From Eledone cirrhosa (taxonomy: Eukaryota): 64,000 nt of DNA. Within the stretch, counting starts at the first letter, position 1. Every line of letters starts with the position of its first letter. The notes beneath the pieces are model-generated. The model was not told the origin of the DNA. It searched no databases and worked only from the letters and a program-made list of their open reading frames with translations. This document shows positions 1 to 11,055 of this stretch, in pieces. The DNA lies in the NCBI GenBank assembly GCA_964016885.1, contig OZ024744.1:49352001-49416000 (forward strand), given 5' to 3'. The translations under genes were made by a program, and so were the position numbers.

Positions 1-100
1 AACATTAATCCTAATCCTAACTCTAACATTAACTCTAATTTTAATTCTAACATTTACTCTTACACATTTCTCTTCCTAAACTTCTACCTTCACCTAAACG
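1..100. repeat. Degenerate (TAACCC)n-like hexamer repeat
   Basis: taatcc taatcc taactc taacat taactc hexamer periodicity. Confidence 0.6.
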
Positions 101-500
101 AATAATAAAACGAAACCTATACCATTATTAAACAATTTTTATCTCATTTATATTATTTTATTATATTCTAGCTTCTCTCTTTTAGTTCCCTATAGCTCAC
201 CTTTCTTCCCTTGCTCTGAACTGCATACACTACAAAAAAGAACAACAACTGCACAACCCACTACACACACACATATATATATATGTATATGTGTGTGTGT
301 GTGTGTGTATTCTACTGTCAGTAAAACAATGTATCTAGATTCTTATTCAATACAATAAAGTTAATGATAACAATATCATTTCTTTATTTGATGCAATAAA
401 ACTATAAAATACACAACATCATAAAAACAACTTTATCTGTGAGGATAAGTTTTTGTTTAATACAATAAATTAAATGCTTTAAATAGTATATATAAACATG

Positions 501-820
501 TGAAGATGTGTGGCTTAGTGGTTACAGTGCTGGATTTACAACCATGAGGTTGTCAGTTCAATTCCCTGACTGAGTGATGCGTTGTATTCTTGAGCAAAGC
601 ACTCAACTGTAGAAATGAGTTGCAATGTCACTGGTGCCAAGCTATATTGACCTTAGTCTTTACCTTGGACAACTCCAGTTGTATGAAGAAAGGTGACTGG
701 CATGCATGGGCGACTGATGGTCTTCCACAAAAACACCTTGCCTAGACTTGTGCCTCAGAGAGGAACTTTCTTGGTGTAAATCCAAAGGTCATTCATGACT
801 GAAAGGGGTCTTTACCCTTT
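501..820 (+). mobile_element. tRNA-derived SINE
   Basis: A box tggcttagtgg, B box agttcaattcc, central cttgagcaaagcact motif shared with other SINE copies in the window. Confidence 0.75.
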
Positions 821-851
821 ATATATAAAGATATGATAAAAATTAACTTAC

Positions 852-1001
852 CCATATGTACTAATTGTAGATAATTAATTAGTGCTTGTTTGTTTTTGTT
901 CCAGAAATCAGGGAGGGTTGAAGCAGATGGGTACTTGCAGCATGACAATTCTACAGTTATTTCCATAACACCATGATAGTAGTTATAATCTTGCATACCT
1001 C
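852..1001 (-). CDS. CPM: CPM-like exon with catalytic Glu ([12 protein letters not shown]); gene continues beyond window start
   Basis: [51 protein letters not shown]. Acceptor ctattcag, donor gtaagt; 150 bp, phase 1 to 1. Confidence 0.95.
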
Positions 1002-1613
1002 CTGAATAGTAGGGAGAAATATATATATATGTATATATATATAAAATGATGTGTGTTTAAAATACTGTAGTATTTAAGACATTCAAACACTAACTGATTA
1101 CTTACTGAAATCAGTACTGGTGTGTAGAGTGCAAAAATATATTTTCTATGTAGAAAAATGGCAATGACTTGAAAGTCTTAGCCAGATGAAATGGCTAAGC
1201 TAAAACTTCAAAGTCACTGCCACTTATAAATATAAATACATACCATCACTGTTTAATGACTACTTTCAATACTTGGATGGATTAGATAAGTTGTCATGGT
1301 GTGTGACCAGACAGGTCACATGATCATGTCATGCTTCTGTGGATGATGTATGTGTGTGTGTGTTTGTGTATCATCATCAATGTCTAACATCTATTTTCAA
1401 TGCTTGCATGGGTTAGATGGGTTGTCATGTTCTCCAACTTGACAGATCATATTACTATTGGCATGGCCTCCACTGCTGGATACCCTTCCTAACACCAACC
1501 ATTTCATGGTACGTACAGGTGACGTATGTTCTATTATGACCACATCACTATGATCCAACAGGTTGGATTGGGTGCTTTGTATCGTGGCACCAACACTACC
1601 ACATTGTTAGCTT

Positions 1614-1870
1614 GCCAAGGAAGGGGTGAGAGAGGGGGAAGTGGCTTTAAAAACTGATATTGAAGTTATGATGTCCTTGGCAAGGCTAGGAAGGTGTTGG
1701 TGGGAGAGGATGCTACATTAGTCATGTCAAGGAAGGGGTATGAGGGGGAAGTGACTTTAAAGAGTGTCATTGAAGTTATGATATCCTTGGCAAGGTTAGG
1801 AAAGTGTTGGTGGGAGAGGGTGTTATATGTGTCATGCCAAGTAAGGGGTATAAGAAAGGGAAGTGGCCTT
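1614..1870. repeat. About 110-bp tandem repeat, ~2.3 copies
   Basis: aaggaagggg...gggggaagtg.ctttaaa...attgaagttatgat.tccttggcaagg.tagga..gtgttggtgggagagg is repeated. Confidence 0.7.
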
Positions 1871-2257
1871 AGTGTAACTTCTAGAGGTATATTTGGGGGG
1901 GTGGGGGTACACCATACTTTCCATGTTGGTATGGTTGACTGAGGAAAGGAAAATCCAGGGCTCTGAGTGAAGGTAGTGAATGATGGGCTATGGTGGTAGT
2001 CTTAAAGTAAGGTAGTGAGCAGCTAACATGTAGCAGTGCCCTGCAGAAAATGCATTGGTATTTCTATGTTGGCATTGGTTGAGTGAAGTAGGAGGAATCA
2101 GGGATGTGAATGGGTGGTAAGAGAATGAGTTGCATTTCATCCTGTTTGAGAGAGAGAAGACAAGTCTTCTGTAGTACAACATATTACCAATTGACTTGAT
2201 CTTGTGTAATTTCCTTCATGTGTGTATGCGAGCATGTGTGTGTCTATCTGTCTATGC

Positions 2258-2289
<32 letters not shown>

Positions 2290-2509
2290 TTCAAGGAGAC
2301 AACAGAGGTACAAAAAGTCTCATTAGTTTCATGCTTTATAGTGGAAAGAAAAAAGAAAGTTCAACATATCAGGCTTAAGCTCTTCTTCAGGAGTACAAAA
2401 TAGAGACAGGATCACAATGAAGAAACAGAAAAATGATCATTATAACGACACAAAAAAAAATCGAAAATGAAGATGGAAAACAAGATACCCATTAGGTAGT
2501 CTTCATATC

Positions 2510-3639
2510 TGTTAGACACGCAGTGACTAACAACAGAATGTTTTAAGTCTCCGTGTCTGACATATATGCGTAGCTTGTGAATAAAAAATTCAAGGTGTGT
2601 CGCTGGCTGTGGTGATGATCGCTGCCAAACATGTTTTGTAATGTATCGTCTTATTGGCTAATTTCATCGTCTTATTGGCTAATCAACCAACGAGAGTAAT
2701 TGTTGCTCAAAAGCATCCGCCATTTTGTTTGCACATTTATTTATCGTTTCGCTTTCGAATCTTCCTGTATTTCGTCGTTTATCATCAAAATATTTTTCTC
2801 ATTTTGGTAAGTTATATTGTTAATTTATATATGATTTTTAAAATTTATATTAACTATTTTTTTTCAGTTCATTATAACATGCTTATAATATTGGTTCTAT
2901 CATATTTACTTGTATATTTGTCCATATTATTGTTCGTTTTATGTTAGATTATTTTTTATTAATTCAACAATAACAATTATTATGTAAAATATATTTATTT
3001 AATATTGATTGTTTTTTGTAGTTGTTTATATTAAAAGTCTTAAAATATTTTTATACATCTTGCAATAATATTTATAAGATCATTTATAAAATAACAATTA
3101 TATAATCTAATTACATTACAACGACAATTTATTATTAATATATATCATGTTTAACTAGAGTTATTACAAGCGTTGCCTTAAAAAAATATTAAACTAGACC
3201 TGAAAACTGCGCAAGCTCAAAAGAGCCACAGAATGTTATAATAAACCTTCAAAATTGTGGGACTAGAGTTGTTGCTCAAAAAATATTGTAATCATTATCT
3301 ATCGTACACTCTGTGGGATCCTTTTATAAAAAAGAGACTCATAACGAACTCAAGATGACACGATAATTATTTAAGTGATTTTATAATATAGAATTCGGTT
3401 TAAGTGTATTTCGTATTAATCATTACTAAACATCTAATATGAGATATTGAACATTAGCTTAAATAATTATTGTGTCGTCTTGAGTTCGTTATGAGTCTCT
3501 TTTTTATAAAAGGATGCCACACAGTGTATGATAGATAATGATTACAATATTTTTGAGCAAAAACTCTAGTCCCACACTTTTGAAGGTTTATTATAACATT
3601 CTGTGGCTCTTTTGAGCTTGTGTTTTTTTCAGGTCTAGT
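2510..3639. mobile_element. Unclassified non-autonomous element ending in a ~185-bp-arm inverted repeat (3193-3639)
   Basis: Highly similar copy at 55181-56204. Starts tgttagacacgcagtgac; contains tandem ATTGG 20-mers; inverted arms ctagacctgaaaa...ttttcaggtctag. Confidence 0.75.
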
Positions 3640-3722
3640 ATATATATATATATGTATAACTTCTTGAATAGTTTACAGAGTGTACTGGGCATATTTTATT
3701 GATAGCTAGACAGGCATCTCAC

Positions 3723-3890
3723 CTTTTACAGGGTACCATGCGGCTCCATTTGTAATCCCATCTTTGAAATACTCCTGATGTGAACAATTTATCGACTTGT
3801 GCATATCTGCATGACTTCGAGAATAATTTAGTGCTAGGTAGACAAATACATCATCGTCTGGCGAGTGTGAATAAGCAATCCTGTTTATAT
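3723..3890 (-). CDS. CPM: CPM-like exon (SPDDDVF...GITNGAAWY)
   Basis: NINRIAYSHSPDDDVFVYLALNYSRSHADMH...FKDGITNGAAWYPVKG. Acceptor attttcag, donor gtgaga; 168 bp, phase 1 to 1. Not in the ORF track. Confidence 0.93.
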
Positions 3891-4169
3891 CTGAAAATAT
3901 TTAAATAACCACATTATATATATGTACACACACATACATATATCTTCACATATATATTAGCATTAATACCTATAAAAGAGATGTATAGTAACAAAAGATA
4001 TTAAATTTGATAATTTCTTGATTAAAACATTCCATGGGGAAACATCAATCTCCAATTTATTCAACTAATATTCTACAGAAATCAACTATTATTATAGTTA
4101 TTTGCATTGTGGTGAATATATTTTCAAAATTTCAAATCTCCAAATGCCTTGTAAGTCAACCAGCATCAT

Positions 4170-5405
4170 CATCTTCATCATCATCATCATTTTACATCTG
4201 TTGTTGCGTGCCAGTATGGGTCAAACAGGTCTTTTTCAGTACTGTATCTCTCCACTCATTACAGTTTTTCACCATCTGCTCTGTAAGTTTCAGCAATTTT
4301 AGATCTGCTCTCACTGGGATTTCTTGACACTTCTTCACCCAGTGATCATCATCCTTCTGCATTGCATGTCCATTTCATGCACGCTATATCTGATTCCCCT
4401 GATACCTAATTTCTCCCTCAGTTCATCAATGCTTTGTGGATCACTCACATTAACAGCACACACCCATTGAAGCATGCTTACTTCATTTCTCTCCAGCCTC
4501 CACATATCCTCTTCATTGACTGCTCATGTTTCACATCCATGCAACATCACACTTTGCACACAGGTATTATACACAGAGTCTTTTGTTCATAGAGAAAAGT
4601 CCTTTGTTGTCAACAGAGGTAATAGCTCCCTAAACTCTTTCCATCCTGTTCCACTAATAATCCCCTAGGTAACAGAAACTACAAACTACTTTTATGGATC
4701 CTTCCTGGGATTGGCAAACGTTTATTTCACTTATGCTCTTACTACCAACTATCCCTGTACATCTACATAAAAGTCTACCTTTCCTCTTAGCCTGCCTGCT
4801 ATTCCACCACACCTTCTGTGTACTCGTGATTTAGATTATGTACATCATATATTTTCTGCTTAATCCTTTTCTACATATCAAGCAAGGCCACTTCCCTGAT
4901 GAGATTAGGGAGATGTTTTTTTTCCTACTTAATAACATTGGCTTTTTGCCAAGTTTAGTTTAAGCACTTCTGATTGTAAATTCTGCGTTGGAACTTGTTC
5001 TATAGTTCCAATGAATTCTGCTATAAGGACCAGATAATCAGTATAAATAAGTTCCCATGGACAGTTTGTGTTAAATTCATCCATTAAGGCTTAGAGGACT
5101 ATAATAAACAGAAGTGGACTGATGACTGAACTCTGGTTCACTCCTACCTGTACTTTGAATTCTTCAATAAACTCCTTTCATACTCCCACCTTTCTGACAG
5201 ATTCTCTCTGTACATGGTTTATATTGTTCCCACAAGCCATTATCCTACACCTAATTTCTTTAAAGACCATCAAATGACAGAGTGAGGTACTTTGTCAAAG
5301 TCTTTTTCTACATTAACAAAAGTTAGATACAGGCTTACTCATATCTAAGAACTTCTCTTGTAGTTGTCTCACTAAAAAAAGTGCATCTGTAGCACTCCTC
5401 CCTGG
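4170..5405 (-). mobile_element. Decayed RTE-clade LINE
   Basis: MPGRSATDALFLVRQLQEKFL RT motif; (GAT)n tail at ~4165-4190; many stops. Confidence 0.85.
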
Positions 5406-5446
5406 CATATATATGTATGTATAAGAAAGAAATTTAATCAACTTAC

Positions 5447-5628
5447 TTTCTCTGGTATAATCAAATGGATAGTTCGCTACGACTGCTCCACCATGGAAAC
5501 TGGCTGACAACACAAAAGTGTTTGTCCTTATCCAGGCCATGATAGCACGAGTTTCAGGCTCGATTTTCTTGGAAGTTCCTGGATTATCGTGAAAGTTTCG
5601 GTTCAAATCAGAAAATCGCCTATTATAT
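5447..5628 (-). CDS. CPM: CPM-like exon with DLNRNF, third zinc ligand (HGG) and NYPFD
   Basis: RYNRRFSDLNRNFHDN...EPETRAIMAWI...FVLSASFHGGAVVANYPFDYTRE. Acceptor tttttcag, donor gtaagt; 182 bp, phase 2 to 1. Confidence 0.95.
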
Positions 5629-5684
5629 CTGAAAAATAAAATGGAAGCAATTAAATGTACAGCTCACACATATGTAGGTGTAGC

Positions 5685-6235
5685 TGACCTTTTATGAGGT
5701 TATATTTTATAAAAGGTTTCCTGGATGTTTTAATGACAGGGACCGCCAGTCCTATCATGTTCTATACACACAGGGATGTATCTTATAGCCCCCTACAAGG
5801 ATGTATCTCATAAAAGGTTTCTCAGCTGTTTTAATGATAGGGATTTCAGTCTTATGTTGCTGCTGTTACAGCTCATTCTTATGAAGGTTTAGCTGGTCAC
5901 CTATGAGGTTTGTGGGGGTATTTTAAAGATAGTGACTCCATCCTTTCATGTGGTTATTACAGCTCACACTAATGTAGGTTTAGTTGGTCTCCTATGAGAT
6001 GGCATCTCATGAGTTTTCATGGGTGTTTTAACGATAGGGTTAGGGGCTAGATTTAGGGTTAGTGTTAGGTTTAGGATTACGCTTAGGACTTAGTACTTGG
6101 TTTATGGTAGGTGTAGGGTTAGGATTTAGGATTTTGGTTTTGAGTTTAGGGTTAGTGTTAGGGTAAGTGTCAGGGTTAGGCTTAGGGTTATGGCTAGGAT
6201 TAAAGTTGGGAATTGGGATATGGGTTAGAGTTTTG
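5685..6235. repeat. Degenerate tandem repeat followed by degenerate (TTAGGG)n tract
   Basis: Repeated acagctcaca...gtaggt.tagctg and ttttaatgataggg units; 6035-6235 consists of ttaggg variants. Confidence 0.65.
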
Positions 6236-6320
6236 TGATTTAATGAATGCCTCATGATCTCATGTGGCAGTGAGAAAAAAAAATGACAAAATAAAAATAA
6301 ACTATATTTTCAAAACATAC

Positions 6321-6541
6321 CTTCCCACCACACTGTTGCAGTCGCCCAGGGTCGCTGTGGTGTAACCATCTGGGTTTATGGTCGGTAAGATATGTACAAC
6401 GGTCGTCTGCAGAATCCGGGTCACTGTGTTGGTATCGGTGTTATTATTGTGGTGGTGGTTTTTGTTGTTGTGGTTGTGGTCACTCCGGTAGTTGGTTACT
6501 AAATAATCTATGAGGTGTAGTAAAAGTTCTCGACCAACAAC
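6321..6541 (-). CDS. CPM: CPM-like exon (GRELLL...NPDG) with His/Asn-rich insertion
   Basis: VVGRELLLHLIDYLVTNYRSDHNHNNKNHHHNNNTDTNTVTRILQTTVVHILPTINPDGYTTATLGDCNSVVGR. Acceptor ttcccacag, donor gtatgt; 221 bp, phase 0 to 2. Not in the ORF track. Confidence 0.93.
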
Positions 6542-6832
6542 CTGTGGGAAGAAAGGAAAATGATAGTTTCAAGTTACAAAAAGTGTTTTAATTATTATTA
6601 TTATTATTATTATCATTGTATCTTTTATTCAAGTGATAAACATTGGTTTTATTACTTTGAACCAAGTGCCTAGCTGGTTTCTGGGAGATACAAGGTTTGA
6701 TTCCTTGAAGCAGCTGATGGTAACTTCTTTTTTTTATCTCTAAGTGTTTTCACCTTATTTTATAGGCTATTTTATTGCATCTCCATGCATGAGCACACCA
6801 CTCTTTATATTACACACACGCAATTATATATC

Positions 6833-7100
6833 ATCATCATCATCATCACCGTTTTACATCCCTTCTTCCATGCTAGCATGGGTTAGACAGGTTGTCCTGC
6901 TCTGGGCAGTGTCCGGTCAGCTGACCTTGTCTTGCTCATACGGGAACTGATTCTGGCTTGATTTCTGGCTTGATGCCCTTCCTAACACCAACCTCATTTA
7001 CAGTGAGTGCTGAGTGCTTTTTTTCCGTGGTGCCTACACGTCCACTTTACAGTGTGGGCTGGGTCCTTTTTTGCCGTGGCACCTCCACGACCACTTTTCA
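6833..7100 (-). mobile_element. SINE 3' part with RTE-like (GAT)n tail
   Basis: Aligns with 48084-48350. Confidence 0.75.
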
Positions 7101-7174
7101 GTGGGAGGGGATGGGGGCATATTGTCTATATGCTTCAGCTTCGGCTTGTACCCATGGATGTTTATATATATATA

Positions 7175-7286
7175 TATAAAGAGTTGGGACCTGACAGCTG
7201 AGCTCTTGCCATTTCAACAGCTAGTTCCAGTCTGGAATTAGCTCTTGAAATGGCAAGAGTTCAACCATTGGGTCCTGACTCTTTAT
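7175..7286. mobile_element. Small palindromic MITE-like element
   Basis: tataaagagttgggacc...ctcttgccatttcaa / ttgaaatggcaagag...ggtcctgactctttata; imperfect full-length hairpin flanked by TA. Confidence 0.65.
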
Positions 7287-7373
7287 AATATAATCATACC
7301 CCAAGTATTGAGTACACTGTTGAGTAATGATCTAACCAGTTTCAAACTGAATCCATTCTGATTTATATATATA

Positions 7374-7925
7374 TGTAGTGACCTACATTCCACGGGCTCA
7401 CATACATTCTCTGTGCGTGATTTGGCTCAGTTCAGCCAATCAGCGTCAGTAGAAGAGGATGTATCCCTACGCGCCCGGAGGAAGAAATTCCCCACGAAGA
7501 TTTGAAGAATCTCTCTCTTGTACCAGAAACTTCGAACCAGCAACACGCATAATGTAACGGTGAGATATTGCACCCTAGCCTCGCCGGCTTTTCGGCGCAA
7601 TGGCACATTCCCTTTTGTAACCTCTTTTTATCTGTAACTTCAACCATATAAGTTAACAAACATTGTTTGTGCTACATCAAAAATAAACATACATTTCATC
7701 TCTAATTTCTGCTGTTGAAATCATTATTATGTTACTCGTGTCTCAATAACATCTGTAATCCATGCTGCCGGAATTGGCGACCTGACGAAAGGAATATTGT
7801 AAATACTAAGATGGTAAATAGATCGAGGGACCTTCCCTCACGTCTATGTCGACAAGATAATCCAACGAGGATACTATCACTTACCACACAGGCAACTAAC
7901 GACCCTTCATTCTACTACCCTGCTA
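7374..7925 (+). mobile_element. Possible LTR-retrotransposon 5' fragment (LTR, PBS-like site, leader)
   Basis: Starts TGTAG, AATAAA at ~7682, PBS-like TGGCGACC at ~7776; CpG-rich compared with flanks. No canonical CA end directly before the PBS. Confidence 0.4.
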
Positions 7926-8111
7926 AATATATATATATTTATATTTATTATTCAATTGATGAAAGTTGGTTGATCATATAATCCGCTGACACGTTTGTAA
8001 ATAAACGTAAAGCACTCTACGATTTGTATTCGTTAGGATTTTCTCGGTAAAGTATCAAATATTATGAATAAGAGAGATGGTTTTATTTGTACATCTTTTT
8101 ATTACATAATT

Positions 8112-8172
8112 CTGTTATATATATTTCGAAGATGTCAGAGTTGTTACCTTCTGAAATGTTCTCATCAGACAG
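8112..8172 (-). ncRNA. Type I hammerhead ribozyme motif (PLE-type)
   Basis: Minus strand: ctgt CTGATGA gaacatttcaga-aggtaacaac-tctgacatcttc GAAA tatata TA acag. Stems I, II and palindromic stem III are identifiable. Confidence 0.75.
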
Positions 8173-8274
8173 TTTAAGATGTGTGGTTTTAGTTTTTTGA
8201 TATGCTACAGATTTATTGTAGTGTTTAAATCACTGTCCCATAGACATATCTATGGGACAGTGATGTAAACAATA

Positions 8275-8670
8275 TCTTCCGCACCTCCCACAGGCATCAT
8301 ACAGCTTACCTTTCGTTCATAAGAAGAAACCCTTTGTTGTCAACAGTGGAAGCAGCTCCCTAAACTTCTTCCATCCTGTCCTTATTCTAGATACTATGGC
8401 CTCGGAACACCCTCCTCCCTTGCTAATCTGATCACCTAGGTATCGGAAGCTTCTACTATCACTTCTACTATCAATTTTCTCTGAACAACTACTACATACA
8501 AAGTTTTTCTTTCCTGTTAGTTTACCTGCTATCCCACTACACCTCTTGTGTACCCAAAATTTGCATTGTGTACATTTTATAGAATTTATGCCAACTCCTT
8601 TTCTACATATCCAACATGGCCAGTTCCCTGATGGAATCAGGGTCTTGTCCTCTTTCCTACTTATCAATAT
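8275..8670 (-). mobile_element. RTE LINE fragment
   Basis: WPCWICRKGVGINSIKCTQCKFWVHKRCSGI...FRYLGD matches other RTE copies here. Confidence 0.85.
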
Positions 8671-8802
8671 TTTAGTACTACTTAATGCCAATCACATTTA
8701 CAGCACATTAAGCAAGTATCTTCTACTATGGCTTTAAGTTAACAAATACCTTGTAAGTAGAATTTGGTAGATGGAAACTGTACAGAAGTCAATCACATAT
8801 AT

Positions 8803-9059
8803 ATATCACATAAGAAACGGAGAATCAGTGGTGCGACGAATGAGATTTATTAGACATATTACAATCGTTTCTCTGGCGACCAGTTCCAGGCATGCCTGGA
8901 ACTGGTCGCCAGAGAAACGATTGTAATATGTCTAATAAATCTCATTCGTCGCACCACTGATTCTCCGTTTCTTATGTGATATTATACTCTGCTCTGTAAG
9001 AGCATCGAGTGCTCAAATGGCATACCACTTACGGATGCTTTAAGCATCCCACACTAATT
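8803..9059 (+). repeat. Perfect 180-bp palindrome (8803-8982) plus ~75-bp tail in a TA tract; PLE-type foldback
   Basis: Centre cagg CATG cctg at 8892/8893 with no spacer; the right arm carries an HHR 3' half, GAAAcgattgTA. Confidence 0.9.
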
Positions 9060-9122
9060 ATATATATATATATATATATAGACATTAGTGTATATGTGTG
9101 TGTGTGTGTATCAGTAACTTAC

Positions 9123-9220
9123 CTCATTTCCATGGATATTCCCAATATATTTGACGTGAGGCTTAAGGGTTATGTGTTTATGCACTGATTCCGAGATAAT
9201 TAGAACCAAAAGAGGGTTAT
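9123..9220 (-). CDS. CPM: CPM-like exon with HGNE zinc-binding motif
   Basis: DNPLLVLIISESVHKHITLKPHVKYIGNIHGNE. Acceptor tgtctttcag, donor gtaagt; 98 bp, phase 1 to 0, in frame with both neighbours. Confidence 0.93.
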
Positions 9221-9499
9221 CTGAAAGACAAATTATGAAAATGAAAGGATTAATGGTATTTCTAAAATGCATGTGTGTATGCATGCATATGTGTATGTAT
9301 GTATATATGTATACACTCTTTCTTTCTCTTAATCTCGAGTTTATATTTGACTGGCCACCTTCCTTGTGGCAAAGTTGTAAAGAAAAGGAAATTTTTGTCA
9401 TCTGTTGTGCAATTTTTCATTTTTTAAATCGTAAGGATGTTTTGAAGGTCCCAGATATCACAGTCATTTGTAGCTTATGAATTAAGGAGCTGTGATCTT

Positions 9500-9800
9500 C
9501 TAAGAATCCAAGTTCAGTTATACTTTCATCCTGTAGCTCTGATAATAATAGATATGTAATTAAACATGTCTTAGATACTGGATCAGCAAAATCAATGGTC
9601 TGTAGATATCCTCCTTCTCTGGAATTTTTTTTACCATATTGACATCAAACAATGTGGTAAACTGATTTCTACAACAGCGCATGTTTTTAATGTGTGACCC
9701 CACGCAACAATATCAGACTGGTTGTGATTCAATTTTGCAACAATTTATATTTCTAGGTTCCACCAGTATTCATTTGAGCCATTAGTCTCAAAATATTCCT
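9500..9800 (-). mobile_element. R4/Dong-like LINE remnant, restriction-like endonuclease region
   Basis: EYWWNLEI*IVAKLNHNQSDIVAWG...CAVVEIS...DVNMVKK..EKEDIY resembles the PD..D/E-K RLE motif. Confidence 0.65.
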
Positions 9801-9829
9801 AGCTCTTTATTGTTATTTTCATCTTCCCT

Positions 9830-10841
9830 AATATGCCAAATCAGGAGAATAGGGAGAATGGTCAACCAGTTCAAAACCAGTCACGTACAGCAGTCATTGA
9901 AACGAAGGACTTGTGTGCTGGAGCATTGTCCTGGTGAAACAAGACCTCTTTGTCAGTTGTCCTGGGTGTTTGGTCTTGATAGCCTTTCATAACTGCCTCA
10001 GCAAATTGGCATTTATGGTGTGGTCCTTTTGAAGATACTTAATAAACACAATGCCTTTTGCATCCAAAAACTCTGAAGCCATCACCTCCCTTGCAGATTA
10101 AACAACCTTGGACTTCTTTGGAGCAGGTAAGGAGGGGTATTTCTACTTCATGGATTGTCTCTTTATCTTTGACTTAAAGTGATGAACCCAACAGTCATCC
10201 TGGGTTAGGAAACATTCAAGGAAACCAGCTGGATCTGCCTCGAACATTGTTAGATTTTCCTGTGATGTGATTAGCTTAGTGCCCTTTTTATCAGGTGTCA
10301 GAAGACGTAGCACCCTCCTTTGTCATGCCAAGTTCATTGTGTAGAATATTCTCAACTCTTTCATGGGATATGCTAATAGCATTGGTTATTAGATTTATAG
10401 TCAATTGCCTGTCATCCATCACCATGTGGTGAACACAATCAATGTTTTCCTCAGGTGGCAGTTGCCGGATGTCCAGACCTAGAGTCATCATCTTCAAGAT
10501 TTTCCCTTCCCCTCCTAAATTCAGCTTCCCACTTTTGCACTGTTGTTAAAGCTGGAGCATCATCCCCCAATGGAATAACCATGTCTGCATGAATGTCCTA
10601 GAAGGCTAAACCCTTTTCTGCAGGTACTTGGTAACACCACAATGCCAATTTTTGTCCATTTCTAAGAGAAATTGCTACTAGTTACTTTTGAAGTCTTCTT
10701 TGAACAGTCAGATGCCAGTTTACCTAAAAAGAAACAATGCAGTTATTAATAAGAAGAGTTGAAATCAATGCAAGCAAGATTTCACAGCTCTAGCATCACT
10801 CCTTCATAGACACCCTATGAAATTTTCAGCCCACCCTCATA
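9830..10841 (-). mobile_element. mariner transposon remnant
   Basis: TIR-like TA-TGAGGGTGGGCTGAAAA at the right end; IDCVHHMVMDDRQLTINLITNAISISHERVENILHNELGMTK HTH; HSPYSPDLA motif near 9840. Confidence 0.88.
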
Positions 10842-10842
10842 T

Positions 10843-11055
10843 TATAAAAAGCCTTCTGCTAGTCCAGCCACAGTACAGCCAAGTTTGTGTAATTTTTCAG
10901 TTTTCTTTCTGGGTCATTTTGTTAATTAGCAACTGCCCTACACAGCTTCACACCTTCTTCTTTCCCTAGCTTGCTCAGATGTTATAATGTTGTTGGGGTC
11001 ACAATAATCCTACAAGAACAGATTGAGGTAGCCAGTGTATAATTTGTACATGATA
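10843..11055 (-). mobile_element. R4/Dong-like LINE remnant, RT region
   Basis: MYKLYT..LN...NNIITSEQA...QLLINK...NLAVLWLD*QKAF. Confidence 0.7.

Noticed and set aside
6035-6235. Telomere
   Set aside because: Highly degenerate, intronic and attached to another repeat.
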